A stretch of DNA of 64,000 nucleotides from the NCBI GenBank assembly GCA_002292285.1, contig DBBP01000026.1:30209-94208 (forward strand), given 5' to 3'. This stretch comes from Proteobacteria bacterium UBA981 (GTDB lineage: Bacteria; Pseudomonadota; Gammaproteobacteria; Ga0077536). Within the stretch, counting starts at the first letter, position 1; each line of letters starts with the position of its first letter. Below are positions 34,118 through 44,575 of the stretch, piece by piece. The notes beneath the pieces were generated by a model, which searched no databases, was not told the DNA's origin, and saw nothing but the letters and a program-made list of their open reading frames with translations. The position numbers and the translations under genes were made by a program.

Positions 34118-36094
34118 ATGTGTGGCATTACCGGTATATTCGACGTTCGCGGTTTAGACGCGACAACCGCCCTGGATCTCGTCCAGCGCATGGGCAAGCG
34201 CATTCGACATCGCGGGCCCGATGACAGTGGCGAATGGTGTGATGCGACGGCAGGCATCGTGCTTGGTCAACGGCGGCTGTCCATTAACGATTTGTCTCCG
34301 GCCGGTCATCAGCCAATGATTTCCGCTAACGGTCGTTTTGTGATCGTACTGAACGGTGAAATCTATAACTTCATGGACCTGCGCGACGCGCTGGAGTTGG
34401 CCGGTTATCCTTTCCGAGGACACTCTGACACCGAGGTCGCTCTGGCTGCTATTCAGCACTACGGATTCGAAGCAGCACTAAAAATGTTCGTCGGCATGTT
34501 TGCTATCGGCTTGTGGGATCGCGAATCGCGCGCGCTTTATCTGGCTCGCGATCGCGTTGGCGAAAAACCCCTTTATTATTCTCGCGTCGGAAACGCATTC
34601 GCGTTTGCCTCCGATCTGGACGCCCTACGAGAACTACCTGGCTGGTCGCCTGAGATTGATCGGAACGCGCTCGGTTTGTTGATGCAACACTTCTACGTGC
34701 CGGCCCCACGCACTATTTATCGCGATGTCCACAAACTTATGCCGGGTAACTTGCTGACGCTAAGAGCAGACAACTACTCGCTAGAACCCGAACTGCGCAG
34801 TTATTGGTCGGCGGCCGATATTAGCGCCGGGCGAGTGCAATCTTCCGGTGCCCCCGACACGAACGCTGCAGTCGACGAGCTCGATACACTGCTACGCAAG
34901 ACGATTCGGGACAAGATGATTTCGGACGTTCCACTTGGCGCTTTCCTGTCTGGCGGGATCGACTCCTCTACAGTCGTCGCGCTGATGCAGGCTGAAAGCA
35001 TGAACAAGGTAAAGACGTTCAGTATCGGCTTCGGTGAAGCGGAATTTAATGAGGCGCACGAGGCTAAGCGGGTTGCCGAGCACTTGGGTACTGAGCACAC
35101 AGAGTTATACGTCTCTGCCGCACAAGCACAGTCTGTAATCCCCAAGCTGCCCGCCATGTATAGCGAACCCTTTGCGGACTCATCGCAAATCCCGACTTAT
35201 CTCGTTTCAGAGCTGGCCCGTCAGCAAGTGACAGTCGCACTTTCTGGCGACGGCGGTGATGAGCTGTTCGGCGGTTATTCTCGATATCTGCACGCGGAGT
35301 CTTCGTGGCAACGGATAAATCGGCTCCCCCGCGCGCTGCGTATCGCGCTGGGTGGTACCTTAGCTATGATTCCCCCGGCGCGAATTGATGCCATCATGCG
35401 ACCGCTAAAACCTATGCTGCCAGAACGCTGGCGCTACCAGCAGTTCGGCAACAAAATCCACAAGCTCGCAATACTCAGCGAATGTGATAATCCGATGTCA
35501 GTCTATCGGGCACTCATTAGCGCGTGGATGCGGCCATCGCAGGTTGTGATTGGCGGCGGCGACATCGATCTGATCGACACCATGCCCGCATCAATCAACG
35601 AGGTCTCGAGTTTTTCGGAACGCATGATGCTGATGGATTTGCTGACCTATCTGCCGGACGACATTCTCACTAAGGTTGATCGAGCCAGCATGTCCGAAAG
35701 TCTCGAGGTGAGGGTTCCGTTTCTTGACCATCGAGTCATCGAGCATGCGCTACGCTTACCGATTAGTTTGAAGGTCCGAGATGGCGAGGGAAAGTGGTTG
35801 TTGAAGCAGGTGCTCTATCGGTATGCGCCGAAAAGTTTGCTCGACCGACCCAAAATGGGCTTTGGTGTGCCGGTGGGGCAATGGTTGCGCGGGCCATTGC
35901 GGAGCTGGGCGGAGGACCTTCTGGACGGAACCCGATTGCAGCAGGATGGTTTTTTCCACGCGACAGTCGTGCGTGAAAAATGGTCAGAGCACCAGCGGGG
36001 CAAAGCGGACTGGTCCGCGCTGTTGTGGCCAATACTTATGTATCAAGCGTGGTTCGACCATTATGAGCGACATCCCGGGAGCCGTAGTGACTAG
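34118..36094 (+). CDS. asnB: Asparagine synthase (glutamine-hydrolysing)-family amidotransferase (AsnB/WbpS-like)
   Basis: N-terminal MCGITGIF (Ntn Cys2), RGPDDSG, ...NGEIYNF...; synthetase domain SGGIDSS (PP-loop). Confidence 0.85.
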   Translation: MCGITGIFDVRGLDATTALDLVQRMGKRIRHRGPDDSGEWCDATAGIVLGQRRLSINDLSPAGHQPMISANGRFVIVLNGEIYNFMDLRDALELAGYPFRGHSDTEVALAAIQHYGFEAALKMFVGMFAIGLWDRESRALYLARDRVGEKPLYYSRVGNAFAFASDLDALRELPGWSPEIDRNALGLLMQHFYVPAPRTIYRDVHKLMPGNLLTLRADNYSLEPELRSYWSAADISAGRVQSSGAPDTNAAVDELDTLLRKTIRDKMISDVPLGAFLSGGIDSSTVVALMQAESMNKVKTFSIGFGEAEFNEAHEAKRVAEHLGTEHTELYVSAAQAQSVIPKLPAMYSEPFADSSQIPTYLVSELARQQVTVALSGDGGDELFGGYSRYLHAESSWQRINRLPRALRIALGGTLAMIPPARIDAIMRPLKPMLPERWRYQQFGNKIHKLAILSECDNPMSVYRALISAWMRPSQVVIGGGDIDLIDTMPASINEVSSFSERMMLMDLLTYLPDDILTKVDRASMSESLEVRVPFLDHRVIEHALRLPISLKVRDGEGKWLLKQVLYRYAPKSLLDRPKMGFGVPVGQWLRGPLRSWAEDLLDGTRLQQDGFFHATVVREKWSEHQRGKADWSALLWPILMYQAWFDHYERHPGSRSD

Positions 36095-36176
36095 TCTCCA
36101 GGGTGTTGGGCGATGCCGGTGTGCTACGCCAGAGCCTGGCCAAATGCTCGGGCCAACTGCGCGCTTTTGCGCTTGA

Positions 36177-37367
36177 ATGGCCACTGAGGCGAAAGCGTCG
36201 CGGCATGCCATGCCAACCGTGCTGATGGTCGTCACCGAGGATTGGTACTTCATCTCTCATCGCCTGGATCTCGCTTGTCATATTCGCGACGCCGGGTTCA
36301 GGGTTGTTGTCGCAACCCGTGTCGGTGCCCACGAACCAACCATCATTGCAGCGGGTTTGGAGTTTGTTCGGATCCCATTCGAGCGTTCGTTGCGCCATCC
36401 CGTCCGTGATCTGCAAGCGCTGGTGGCTCTGAACAGAGCGATTGCACAATTGGAGCCCGACATCGTCCATTTGGTTTCGTTGAAACCAATATTGTTGGGT
36501 GCGATCGCATTGGCACGAAGACGTCACCGGGCGCCCGCAGTGTGGGCGTTTACTGGCATGGGTTATTTGTTTTCTTCAAACGGTTTCGTTGCGCGGGTGA
36601 TGCGGCCACTCGTTTCGGGCGCACTGAAGCACCTCAATCAAGGGTCTCGCTGCGCGATGATGGTACAGAACGATGCCGATGCCGCCTTACTTCATGAACT
36701 TGGTATCGCGTTACCTGCTCACACGACGATTGTTCCGGGCAGCGGGCTTGCCATGGATAAATTCTCACCAGCCTCGGGCGCGCCGGAAGGGCCGTCGATC
36801 GTACTCATGCCTGCCCGCTTACTGCGCGATAAAGGCATCTACGAATTCGCCGCCGCGGCGCGCCTTGTCCATCAACAGCATCCGCACGTTCGCTTTGTTC
36901 TGGCTGGGCGTTTCGACCGCGATAACCATGGCGCAGTGGCTAACCAGGATCTGCAAACCTGGATTGACGAAGATTTACTCGAATGGTGGGGGCATCGCGA
37001 GGACATGCTGGAAGTCTATCGCCTGGCCTCGATTGTTTGTTTGCCGTCGTATCGCGAAGGCTTGCCCAGAGTCTTGCTAGAGGCCGGAGCGTGCGCGAAG
37101 CCGCTGGTTGCGACTGATGTACCCGGTTGTCGCGATGTTTGCGTCGATGGTAAAACGGGATTGAGGGTCCCTGTCTGTGACAGTGCTGCGCTTGCAACAG
37201 CCATCAGTACGCTGCTCAGCGATCCCGCATACGCACATGCGCTTGGGCTTGCCGCCCGAGAGTTGGTTCGGGAGCGATTTACGATTGAATCAATCGGTGA
37301 ACAAACGATTGCGATGTATCGCGACTTGCTGGTGCGTGCTGCCCAGTCGGACGGGCTATCACGATGA
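36177..37367 (+). CDS. Glycosyltransferase family 1 (GT4-type)
   Basis: C-domain ...ASIVCLPSYREGLPRVLLEAGACAKPLVATDVPGCRDV... (E-x7-E). The likely start is Met 12 (36210). Confidence 0.8.
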   Translation: MATEAKASRHAMPTVLMVVTEDWYFISHRLDLACHIRDAGFRVVVATRVGAHEPTIIAAGLEFVRIPFERSLRHPVRDLQALVALNRAIAQLEPDIVHLVSLKPILLGAIALARRRHRAPAVWAFTGMGYLFSSNGFVARVMRPLVSGALKHLNQGSRCAMMVQNDADAALLHELGIALPAHTTIVPGSGLAMDKFSPASGAPEGPSIVLMPARLLRDKGIYEFAAAARLVHQQHPHVRFVLAGRFDRDNHGAVANQDLQTWIDEDLLEWWGHREDMLEVYRLASIVCLPSYREGLPRVLLEAGACAKPLVATDVPGCRDVCVDGKTGLRVPVCDSAALATAISTLLSDPAYAHALGLAARELVRERFTIESIGEQTIAMYRDLLVRAAQSDGLSR

Positions 37368-38335
37368 CGTCTGCAAGAATAGTTGTGACCGGGGCCGACG
37401 GCTTTGTTGGGCAGAGGCTGTGTGCACGACTCGAGCGCGAGGGCTGGGATGTGCACAAGGTTGTCCGCCGAAGCTCGACCAACGCGCCATCATCCACCAG
37501 CAGCATAATTAGTGATTTGACGGAGTTTTCGGACTGGCCGACGCTGCTTGATGGTGCCCGCGCGGTCGTGCACCTCGCGGCCATGACTCACTCAGGTGGT
37601 TTGCGCGGCGGTGCTGCGCTCGAACGGTACCGCTCGTTGAATGTTGACGTCAGTGGAAACCTGGCGAGAGCGGCACAAGCGTGCGGCGTCTCGAAATTCG
37701 TGTATATGAGCTCCATTAAAGTGAACGGTGAATCTTCCCGCACCGCGGACGGCCGTATGCATGCGTTTAGTCCGAGCGACGTCCCGGCACCGATCGACAA
37801 CTACGGTCGCACTAAATGGGAAGCGGAGAAAAAGCTTGATTCGATACTTGCGGGTTCGTCGACACAATTAACAATTCTGCGACCGCCGCTGATTTTCGGT
37901 CCCGGGCAGAAAGCCAACATACAGCGCCTCATGCGCGCGGTCGCCCGCGAGGCGACGCTGCCGTTCGGCGGGCTTGAGAATCGCCGCAGCTATATCTACG
38001 TCGATAATCTTGCCGCTGCGGTCGCGTTGGCACTGCGGGGACACGACCTTACAGCGCGGACCTACACGCTGGCTGACGTGACCCTGTCTACCCCTGAGCT
38101 GATCCTCGCCATGGCGAAAGCCCTGGGCGTGCCCGTCTCGATGGCCGGTTTGCCGCGTTTCGTTTACCGCGGGCTTGAGCTATTACCGGGGATTGGCCCG
38201 AAAATATCCCGTTTGACGGGTGATTTGGCGGTTGATTCGAGCGCTGCAATTGAGCTGCTGGGTTGGCGGTCTGAAGTAGAGTTCGAGGCTGCGCTAGCCG
38301 TGACCGCCGCGTGGCTCCGCCAGGAACCAGCATGA
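37364..38335 (+). CDS. NAD-dependent sugar-nucleotide epimerase/reductase (short SDR; WbpK/WbpV-like UDP-HexNAc 4-epimerase/4-reductase)
   Basis: RIVVTGADGFVGQRL Rossmann motif, 323 aa. The ATGA overlap with the next gene suggests translational coupling. Confidence 0.75.
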   Translation: MTSARIVVTGADGFVGQRLCARLEREGWDVHKVVRRSSTNAPSSTSSIISDLTEFSDWPTLLDGARAVVHLAAMTHSGGLRGGAALERYRSLNVDVSGNLARAAQACGVSKFVYMSSIKVNGESSRTADGRMHAFSPSDVPAPIDNYGRTKWEAEKKLDSILAGSSTQLTILRPPLIFGPGQKANIQRLMRAVAREATLPFGGLENRRSYIYVDNLAAAVALALRGHDLTARTYTLADVTLSTPELILAMAKALGVPVSMAGLPRFVYRGLELLPGIGPKISRLTGDLAVDSSAAIELLGWRSEVEFEAALAVTAAWLRQEPA

Positions 38336-39351
38336 GTCTGGCGCATATTCTTGGTGTTTTTCTGGTTAGTGCCACGTCGTCGTGGCTGGGCTGCCGCTAT
38401 TTATTGCCACGCTTGTCGGCGGCCGGTATGTGGGACGCGCCGAACCACCGCAGTTTGCACGCCCGCCGCGTGCCGCGCGGGGCGGGACTAGCAATCGCGG
38501 CGGTGGGTCTGGTGATGCTTGCCTGGCTAGTCGCAATCGAGTTGCTGCCCGCACGGAGCGGGGGTATTTTGTTCCTCGCCGGAACCGGCTTCGCCTTTTT
38601 AGGGTGGGATGACGACCGCCACGACCGCTCGGCTGTGCTGCGCCTAATCTGCCAGTTTTCGCTGGCGATTTTTTGTGTCTACGGGATTGGGCTCACTGGA
38701 GACTTCGATGGCGCGTATTGGTGGGGTACCGGTTTCGTTGTGTTCGGATTCGTGTGGCACGTTAACGTGTTTAATTTTATGGATGGCGCTGACGGATTTG
38801 CTGCCGTGCAGGCGATTCTGGTCTGCATTGCGATATGCGCGCTCAATGCGCTGAACAGTCACAGTGGTATCGCGCTGTGGGCGGCCGCGGTCGCTGCAGC
38901 AACCATCGGATTCCTGTACTGGAACTGGGCGCCTGCGAAAATGTTCCTCGGCGACTGTGGCAGTTACTTTCTGGGCTACGTCATTGCAGCGCTTATTTTT
39001 ATCTCTTATTTGAGTGGCGCTTCTTTCGCAGCGTTGGTGATTCTGATCGCGCCGTTCGTTACTGACGCGACATTGACCCTGATCTGGCGAGCACTTCGTG
39101 GTCAACCGTGGTGGCGAGCGCATCGCAGCCACGCTTACCAAAGGCTGGTGTTGTGTGGACGGGCGCCGGCGCAGGTCGCGTTCGGGCTCGCGGCGCTTAA
39201 TGTGGCATTGTGCTGGCCACTGTCGTGGTTGGCGAGTCGTTCGACACACGACAATGTCGTTGCCCTGTTTGCCTACATCCTAACTGGTATTATGTGGGCC
39301 TCCATCGTGCGGGCTAACGGCGATACAGAATCAACTTCGCCAGGTGCTTAA
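38332..39351 (+). CDS. Undecaprenyl-phosphate HexNAc-1-phosphate transferase (MraY/WecA/WbpL family; initiating transferase)
   Basis: NVFNFMDGADG (NxxNxxDGxDG) motif, about 10 TM helices. Start at 38332 (MSLAHILG) overlaps the upstream stop (ATGA). Confidence 0.8.
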   Translation: MSLAHILGVFLVSATSSWLGCRYLLPRLSAAGMWDAPNHRSLHARRVPRGAGLAIAAVGLVMLAWLVAIELLPARSGGILFLAGTGFAFLGWDDDRHDRSAVLRLICQFSLAIFCVYGIGLTGDFDGAYWWGTGFVVFGFVWHVNVFNFMDGADGFAAVQAILVCIAICALNALNSHSGIALWAAAVAAATIGFLYWNWAPAKMFLGDCGSYFLGYVIAALIFISYLSGASFAALVILIAPFVTDATLTLIWRALRGQPWWRAHRSHAYQRLVLCGRAPAQVAFGLAALNVALCWPLSWLASRSTHDNVVALFAYILTGIMWASIVRANGDTESTSPGA

Positions 39352-39394
39352 AGCGCTGGGCTACCTGCGCGCCAGCAACGGAACTTAGATCCCG

Positions 39395-41278
39395 ATGTCG
39401 ATCAGTCCGCGGATTAAGATAATTGCCCACGATCTGTTACAGATCGCGCTGGCCTGGATGCTCGCGTGGCTGGCGCGTTTTAACTTCGATTTGCCGCCGC
39501 AGCCGTTTCTGGATTCGAGTCTTAATGCTCTACCGGTCGTGATTGTGACCCAAGCGGCAATCGCCTGGTATTTTGGCCTGTACCGCGGCCTGTGGCGCTT
39601 CGCGAGCCTCCCGGATCTTTCTAATATTCTGCGCGCCGCGGGGCTGGGCGCCTTGCTCGCGGCCATCGTCCTGTTTCTCGTCAATCGTCTGGACGCGACG
39701 CCACGCTCAGTACTTATTTTGTATCCGGTGTTTTTGGTATTTCTGTTGGGCGGCCCGCGATTGCTCTACCGAATTTGGAAAGACCATGCTTTGCATCTCC
39801 AAACGAATGCAGATGCTCAGCGTGTCATCGTGGTTGGCGGCGGCAACGGCGGTGAGATGCTCATTCGTGACATGTTGCGCGAAGGCAATTACATCCCGGT
39901 TGGGCTCGTCGATGACAACGCGCAGCTGCAACGCTCCAATATTCACGGTGTACCGGTGCTCGGCCAGATTGCGGAGTTGTCCCGTATCGTGCAGCGCCGT
40001 GAAGTCGATCTCCTCGTTATCGCGATTCCGTCGGCAAACAGTGAACAAATGCGGCGCATCGTCGAGTCATGCGAAGCAACCGGGAGGCCATTTCGAACAC
40101 TGCCTCAACTTGACGATTTGTTATCCGGTCGCAGTGGGATAAGTACGCTGCGAGAGGTGTCGCTCGAAGATTTGCTCGGTCGCGACAAAGTTGAGCTGGA
40201 GTGGCAGGCTATTCAATCGTCAATCTCCGGTGAAACAGTACTGGTAAGTGGAGGTGGCGGATCGATAGGTTCTGAGTTGTGCCGCCAGATTGCGACATTG
40301 GGCGTCGCACGTTTGGTTGTTCTCGACAACAGCGAACACAATCTGTACGTGATTGAAAAGGAACTACGGCGTTCCTCACCTGGGTTGAGAGTCGAGTGTT
40401 TGCTCGCTGATGTGCGCGACGGCGTTGCTATCGAGCGCGCATTCTCGACTTTCACGCCGTCCCTGGTGTTTCATGCGGCAGCCTACAAACACGTCCCGAT
40501 ATTACAGACCCAGATTCGCGAAGCAGTCGCGGTAAATGTTCTCGGTACGCTTGAAATGATGAACTGTGCTGACCGCTATGGCTGCTCGAGCTTTGTTCTG
40601 ATTTCTACAGACAAGGCTGTGCGTCCCAGCAGTGTTATGGGTGCCACCAAACGACTTGCCGAGCTGGTTTGCGAGGCGCGTTACCCGCACTCGGATACTA
40701 AGTTTATTACCGTGAGATTCGGCAATGTGCTGGGTTCGGCGGGCAGTGTTGTGCCGCTGTTTCGTGAGCAGATTGCAGCGGGTGGGCCGCTAACGGTTAC
40801 TCACGCTGACGCGACCCGCTACTTCATGACCATCCCCGAGGCGTGTCAGCTGATTATGCAAGCCGGTGCTGTGGGCAGCGGTGGCGAAATATTCGTGCTT
40901 GATATGGGCGAGCCGGTCAATATTACGTACCTCGCAGAGCAGTTAATCAGACTGTCCGGGCACACGCCCGGACTCGACATCGAGATCGTCTACACCGGGC
41001 TGAGGCCAGGCGAGAAACTCAGTGAGGAACTGTTTCGCGACGACGAACATCTGGATCCCACGTCGCACGACAAATTGCTGCTCGCTCAACACGTTCATAA
41101 TGACCGCAACCATATTGAGCAGCTGCTCAGCGATCTGCGTAGCTCGGTCGACGCCTTCGACGAGGAATCGATTACGGCGCTTCTCAGCCAGGCGGTTCCG
41201 GAGTTTGATGTCGTCACAGACAAAAACACCGCCGTCGGCGCGGACAATATCGTTTCATTTTCTCGGAGTGTTCAATGA
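39395..41278 (+). CDS. wbpM: Membrane-anchored UDP-GlcNAc 4,6-dehydratase (WbpM/PglF/CapD large type)
   Basis: 627 aa. N-terminal 4 TM helices, then two Rossmann-like segments ([31 protein letters not shown]) and [24 protein letters not shown] (catalytic region). Confidence 0.85.
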   Translation: MSISPRIKIIAHDLLQIALAWMLAWLARFNFDLPPQPFLDSSLNALPVVIVTQAAIAWYFGLYRGLWRFASLPDLSNILRAAGLGALLAAIVLFLVNRLDATPRSVLILYPVFLVFLLGGPRLLYRIWKDHALHLQTNADAQRVIVVGGGNGGEMLIRDMLREGNYIPVGLVDDNAQLQRSNIHGVPVLGQIAELSRIVQRREVDLLVIAIPSANSEQMRRIVESCEATGRPFRTLPQLDDLLSGRSGISTLREVSLEDLLGRDKVELEWQAIQSSISGETVLVSGGGGSIGSELCRQIATLGVARLVVLDNSEHNLYVIEKELRRSSPGLRVECLLADVRDGVAIERAFSTFTPSLVFHAAAYKHVPILQTQIREAVAVNVLGTLEMMNCADRYGCSSFVLISTDKAVRPSSVMGATKRLAELVCEARYPHSDTKFITVRFGNVLGSAGSVVPLFREQIAAGGPLTVTHADATRYFMTIPEACQLIMQAGAVGSGGEIFVLDMGEPVNITYLAEQLIRLSGHTPGLDIEIVYTGLRPGEKLSEELFRDDEHLDPTSHDKLLLAQHVHNDRNHIEQLLSDLRSSVDAFDEESITALLSQAVPEFDVVTDKNTAVGADNIVSFSRSVQ

Positions 41279-42159
41279 GTACGAGGGTGCGCAAAGCTGT
41301 TTTCCCGGTCGCGGGCTTAGGCACTCGCTTCCTGCCGGCAACTAAGGCCAACCCCAAGGAAATGCTGCCAATTGTTGACAAGCCGCTGATTCAATACGCG
41401 GCTGAGGAAGCCGTGGCTGCCGGTATCGAGGAACTCATATTTGTTACCGGGCGCGCCAAGCGTTCGATTCCAGATCATTTCGACAAGGCCTACGAACTTG
41501 AGGTCGAGCTGGAGAAGAGCAATAAGCGTGACATGCTTAATCTGGTGCGGAATATATTGCCCTCTCACGTCGCGTGTATCTACATTCGCCAGGCCGAGCC
41601 GCTCGGCTTGGGGCACGCGGTGTTGTGCGCCCGGCCTGCGGTTGACGATGAGCCTTTCGCGGTGTTACTCGCCGACGATCTAATCGATGGTGGCGAGAAT
41701 GGTTGCCTGACCCAAATGGTTCATCAATTCGAACATTACAACTCGGGCGTAATCGCGGTGCAGCCAGTGCCGGCGGAGGACACTGACAAATACGGGATTG
41801 TGGAAGCGAAAGCGATTGATGACCGGGTCAGCAAAATTGTCAGCATCGTCGAGAAACCGAAACCGGATGTGGCGCCCAGCCAGCTTGGCGTTGTCGGACG
41901 CTATGTGCTGCCGGGCGAGATCATGCGGATTCTGGAGACCACCGAGCGCGGGGCCGGCGATGAGATTCAACTCACGGATGCGATCGCGACACTCATAGAG
42001 CGTCAACAGGTTCTCGCCTACGAATTTGAGGGTGTCCGTTACGATTGTGGCTCGAAGCTCGGCTATTTACAGGCCACAGTCGACTACGCGCTAAAACATC
42101 GTGAGGTAGCAGGTGATTTCGCTGGGTGGTTAGCGACGCGCGTGGAGCAGTTACCTTAG
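41275..42159 (+). CDS. galU: UTP--glucose-1-phosphate uridylyltransferase
   Basis: [39 protein letters not shown], classic GalU N-terminus. 294 aa. The start overlaps the upstream stop (ATGA). Confidence 0.9.
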   Translation: MSTRVRKAVFPVAGLGTRFLPATKANPKEMLPIVDKPLIQYAAEEAVAAGIEELIFVTGRAKRSIPDHFDKAYELEVELEKSNKRDMLNLVRNILPSHVACIYIRQAEPLGLGHAVLCARPAVDDEPFAVLLADDLIDGGENGCLTQMVHQFEHYNSGVIAVQPVPAEDTDKYGIVEAKAIDDRVSKIVSIVEKPKPDVAPSQLGVVGRYVLPGEIMRILETTERGAGDEIQLTDAIATLIERQQVLAYEFEGVRYDCGSKLGYLQATVDYALKHREVAGDFAGWLATRVEQLP

Positions 42160-42206
42160 AGGCTGCGCACGGCTCTCGTTTAGATACAAAAGAGGGCATG
42201 CAGCGC

Positions 42207-44066
42207 CTAATCGCCAATGACACCGCCGTCGTCGCGTGTCACCACCAGCAGGCTCGGACGCGGCGGTAACTCGGCGTCAAAGTCCGGCCAGCGCGTGGCG
42301 GGATTGTCGTAACTGGAACCGACCAATCCGTCGACGCCGGGATGCTGGATGGCGAGAAACAGGTTACGTCCGTCCGCGGTGAATTCTGGCCCGCACACCT
42401 CCGCCCCGACGGGCGCCCGAAAAAAGCGGCGAAAGTCGTATTCGCCAGCTGCGTTGGCTGCACATCCCCACAAACCGTCTGCGAAACCGGTAGCGCGCCA
42501 GTTCCTGCCCTGGTCACTGGCTATCCACAATCTTCCCGCCGGGTCGAATGCACAATTGTCCGGTGCTGCGAACCAGCCACCGTCCCCTGTTGTACCAGGA
42601 TAGCGAGCGTTTTGAGACGGCTCGGCAGGATTGCCCGCCAGTGCGAATATTTCCCAGTCGAAACTATCTGCAGCGTGTTCGACAACATCGCCCGGCGCGC
42701 CCGGCGGACGTAAACGCAAGATGTGACCAAACGTATTGCGGCTGCGTGGATTGGCCGCATCGAGCGCGTCGGCGTGACGGGACTGGTTATTTGTCAGCAG
42801 AGCGTAAACCAAACCATCGCGCGGATTCGTTTCAACGTCCTCGGGGCGGTCGAGTTTCGTCGCGCCAAGCAGGTCGGCCGCGCGTCGCGTTTCAATTAAA
42901 ACATCTGCCTGATCGCGGAAACCGTTGGCGTTCGTCAGCGGACCTTCACCATGGCGCAACGGCAGCCATTGCAAGGTATTGTCGTTATGCAGGCGGGCGA
43001 CAAACAGCGTGCCGTCATCGAGTAAGTGCGTGTTCGAAGCACGGTCGTTGGGTGCGTAAACCCCGCTGCTGACAAATCGATACAGATATTCGAAAGCCTG
43101 ATCGTCGGCGGTGTAAACCACTACACGTCCGTCCGGATTAAGCACAACTGTGGCCGCCTCATGCTTGAAGCGCCCCAGCGCTGTTCGTTTGACAGGATTG
43201 CTGCCCGGCGTGTGAGGGTCGAGTTCGACGACCCACCCAAAACGATTGGCCTCGCGCGGCTCGTGGCCGAGGTCAAAGCGTGGGAAGTGTCGCGACCACC
43301 ATCGATATGCACTTCTCGACCCGACGCCATAGCGTTGGTGATTGCGCTGTTCTGCGGGGTCCGTGGCCGCTCCGTGGAACACGAAGTTAAAGTTCTCTTC
43401 GGCCATGAGAACCGTCCCCCAAGGCGTTTTTCCACCGCTGCACGGGTTCAGGACGCCGCGACATGTTCGACCCTGTGGGTCCGCCCGGGTTTGCAAGCGT
43501 GGCGAGCCGGCTGCAGGGCCGGACAATTTGACGAGTGTGTCAGCAGTAATGCGTCGGTTGTAGCCGCCATCAACGACTGACCACTTGCCATCGTGCCGGG
43601 CGATTTCCACTACCGAGTGGCCGACGGCGGCCATTTCTATCGCAGTGCGCTCACGCGTCATCGCGCCATGGATGGTGATTCGGTTGAGCCCGGGCCACAT
43701 GAAGGTGGGGTTGGTATATTCGTGATTGACGCACAGCAGGCCGTGGTCAGAGCCCATGCTACCGAGCGGCAACGGCATAAATGCCACGAAATCGTTGTTG
43801 TAGCCGAAACGCCTGTTTTGCTCCTCAGCATCCATGCTACGGGGGTGCCAGTCGCTCTCCTCACCACTGAGCAAGTCGCCCCAACGCAGCAGTACCTGCG
43901 CGCTATAGCCGGGCGGTAGGTGATGATGGCGATCGGTGCCGTGTGCGAGTCCTTCGAAGCCGAGAGGCGACAAATTCGTGGCAGGTGAGCGCTGCGGCCA
44001 CAGAGTTAACGAGGCCGCGCAGGCCGAGCTACTAAGGTATTGGATGAATTTTCTGCGGCTTGGCAC
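42207..44066 (-). CDS. phoX: Tat-secreted PhoX-family alkaline phosphatase (DUF839 beta-propeller)
   Basis: Twin-arginine signal SRRKFIQYLSSSACAASL. 619 aa with Gly/Asp-rich propeller-like blocks. Confidence 0.7.
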   Translation of the reverse strand: MPSRRKFIQYLSSSACAASLTLWPQRSPATNLSPLGFEGLAHGTDRHHHLPPGYSAQVLLRWGDLLSGEESDWHPRSMDAEEQNRRFGYNNDFVAFMPLPLGSMGSDHGLLCVNHEYTNPTFMWPGLNRITIHGAMTRERTAIEMAAVGHSVVEIARHDGKWSVVDGGYNRRITADTLVKLSGPAAGSPRLQTRADPQGRTCRGVLNPCSGGKTPWGTVLMAEENFNFVFHGAATDPAEQRNHQRYGVGSRSAYRWWSRHFPRFDLGHEPREANRFGWVVELDPHTPGSNPVKRTALGRFKHEAATVVLNPDGRVVVYTADDQAFEYLYRFVSSGVYAPNDRASNTHLLDDGTLFVARLHNDNTLQWLPLRHGEGPLTNANGFRDQADVLIETRRAADLLGATKLDRPEDVETNPRDGLVYALLTNNQSRHADALDAANPRSRNTFGHILRLRPPGAPGDVVEHAADSFDWEIFALAGNPAEPSQNARYPGTTGDGGWFAAPDNCAFDPAGRLWIASDQGRNWRATGFADGLWGCAANAAGEYDFRRFFRAPVGAEVCGPEFTADGRNLFLAIQHPGVDGLVGSSYDNPATRWPDFDAELPPRPSLLVVTRDDGGVIGD

Positions 44067-44189
44067 GGCAATCTCATTCCGGGTGAGACGAGCGCCAGCA
44101 GATTCTACGCCAGTTCATCAGCCTGCGGGTGATTGCAGGCGAGCGGGGCGCGAACGCTATTGAATAGTGACGTCCGGGGACAACGGAAA

Positions 44190-44429
44190 CTAATCCAGTC
44201 CGTCCTGTTCCGCTCGTTTGCGCGCCAGCTCTGTTTGCAAGAACGTTAGTGCTCGCATGGAGTGTTGGTCCTCCGGTTCACCGGCGGCCGCGATGAGTTT
44301 CTCGAGGTCCTCGATCTCTTCATCGATGTCGTCATCCGTATTCTCGTCAAGATCCGGGAAAAACAATTCGAGTTGTTTGAGTCCTTCCACAAGATCGTTT
44401 TGGCCGCGTAAAGCCATGTCTGGTCCCAT
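44190..44429 (-). CDS. Small acidic hypothetical protein
   Basis: 79-aa ORF with a protein-like acidic helical sequence (DENTDDDIDEEIEDLEKLIAAAGEPEDQ). No family recognised. Confidence 0.4.
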   Translation of the reverse strand: MGPDMALRGQNDLVEGLKQLELFFPDLDENTDDDIDEEIEDLEKLIAAAGEPEDQHSMRALTFLQTELARKRAEQDGLD

Positions 44430-44575
44430 TATTGTGCCCTCCGATCATGAGGCAAATAAGCGTATTACACGCTGTACCTTAACCGCGATCTTATTATGAT
44501 CGCTTAATTTACTGATCTTGATGTAAATAATATAGGACGATTACGATCAACTTCAACTCTTTTCCGTAACTTCTT

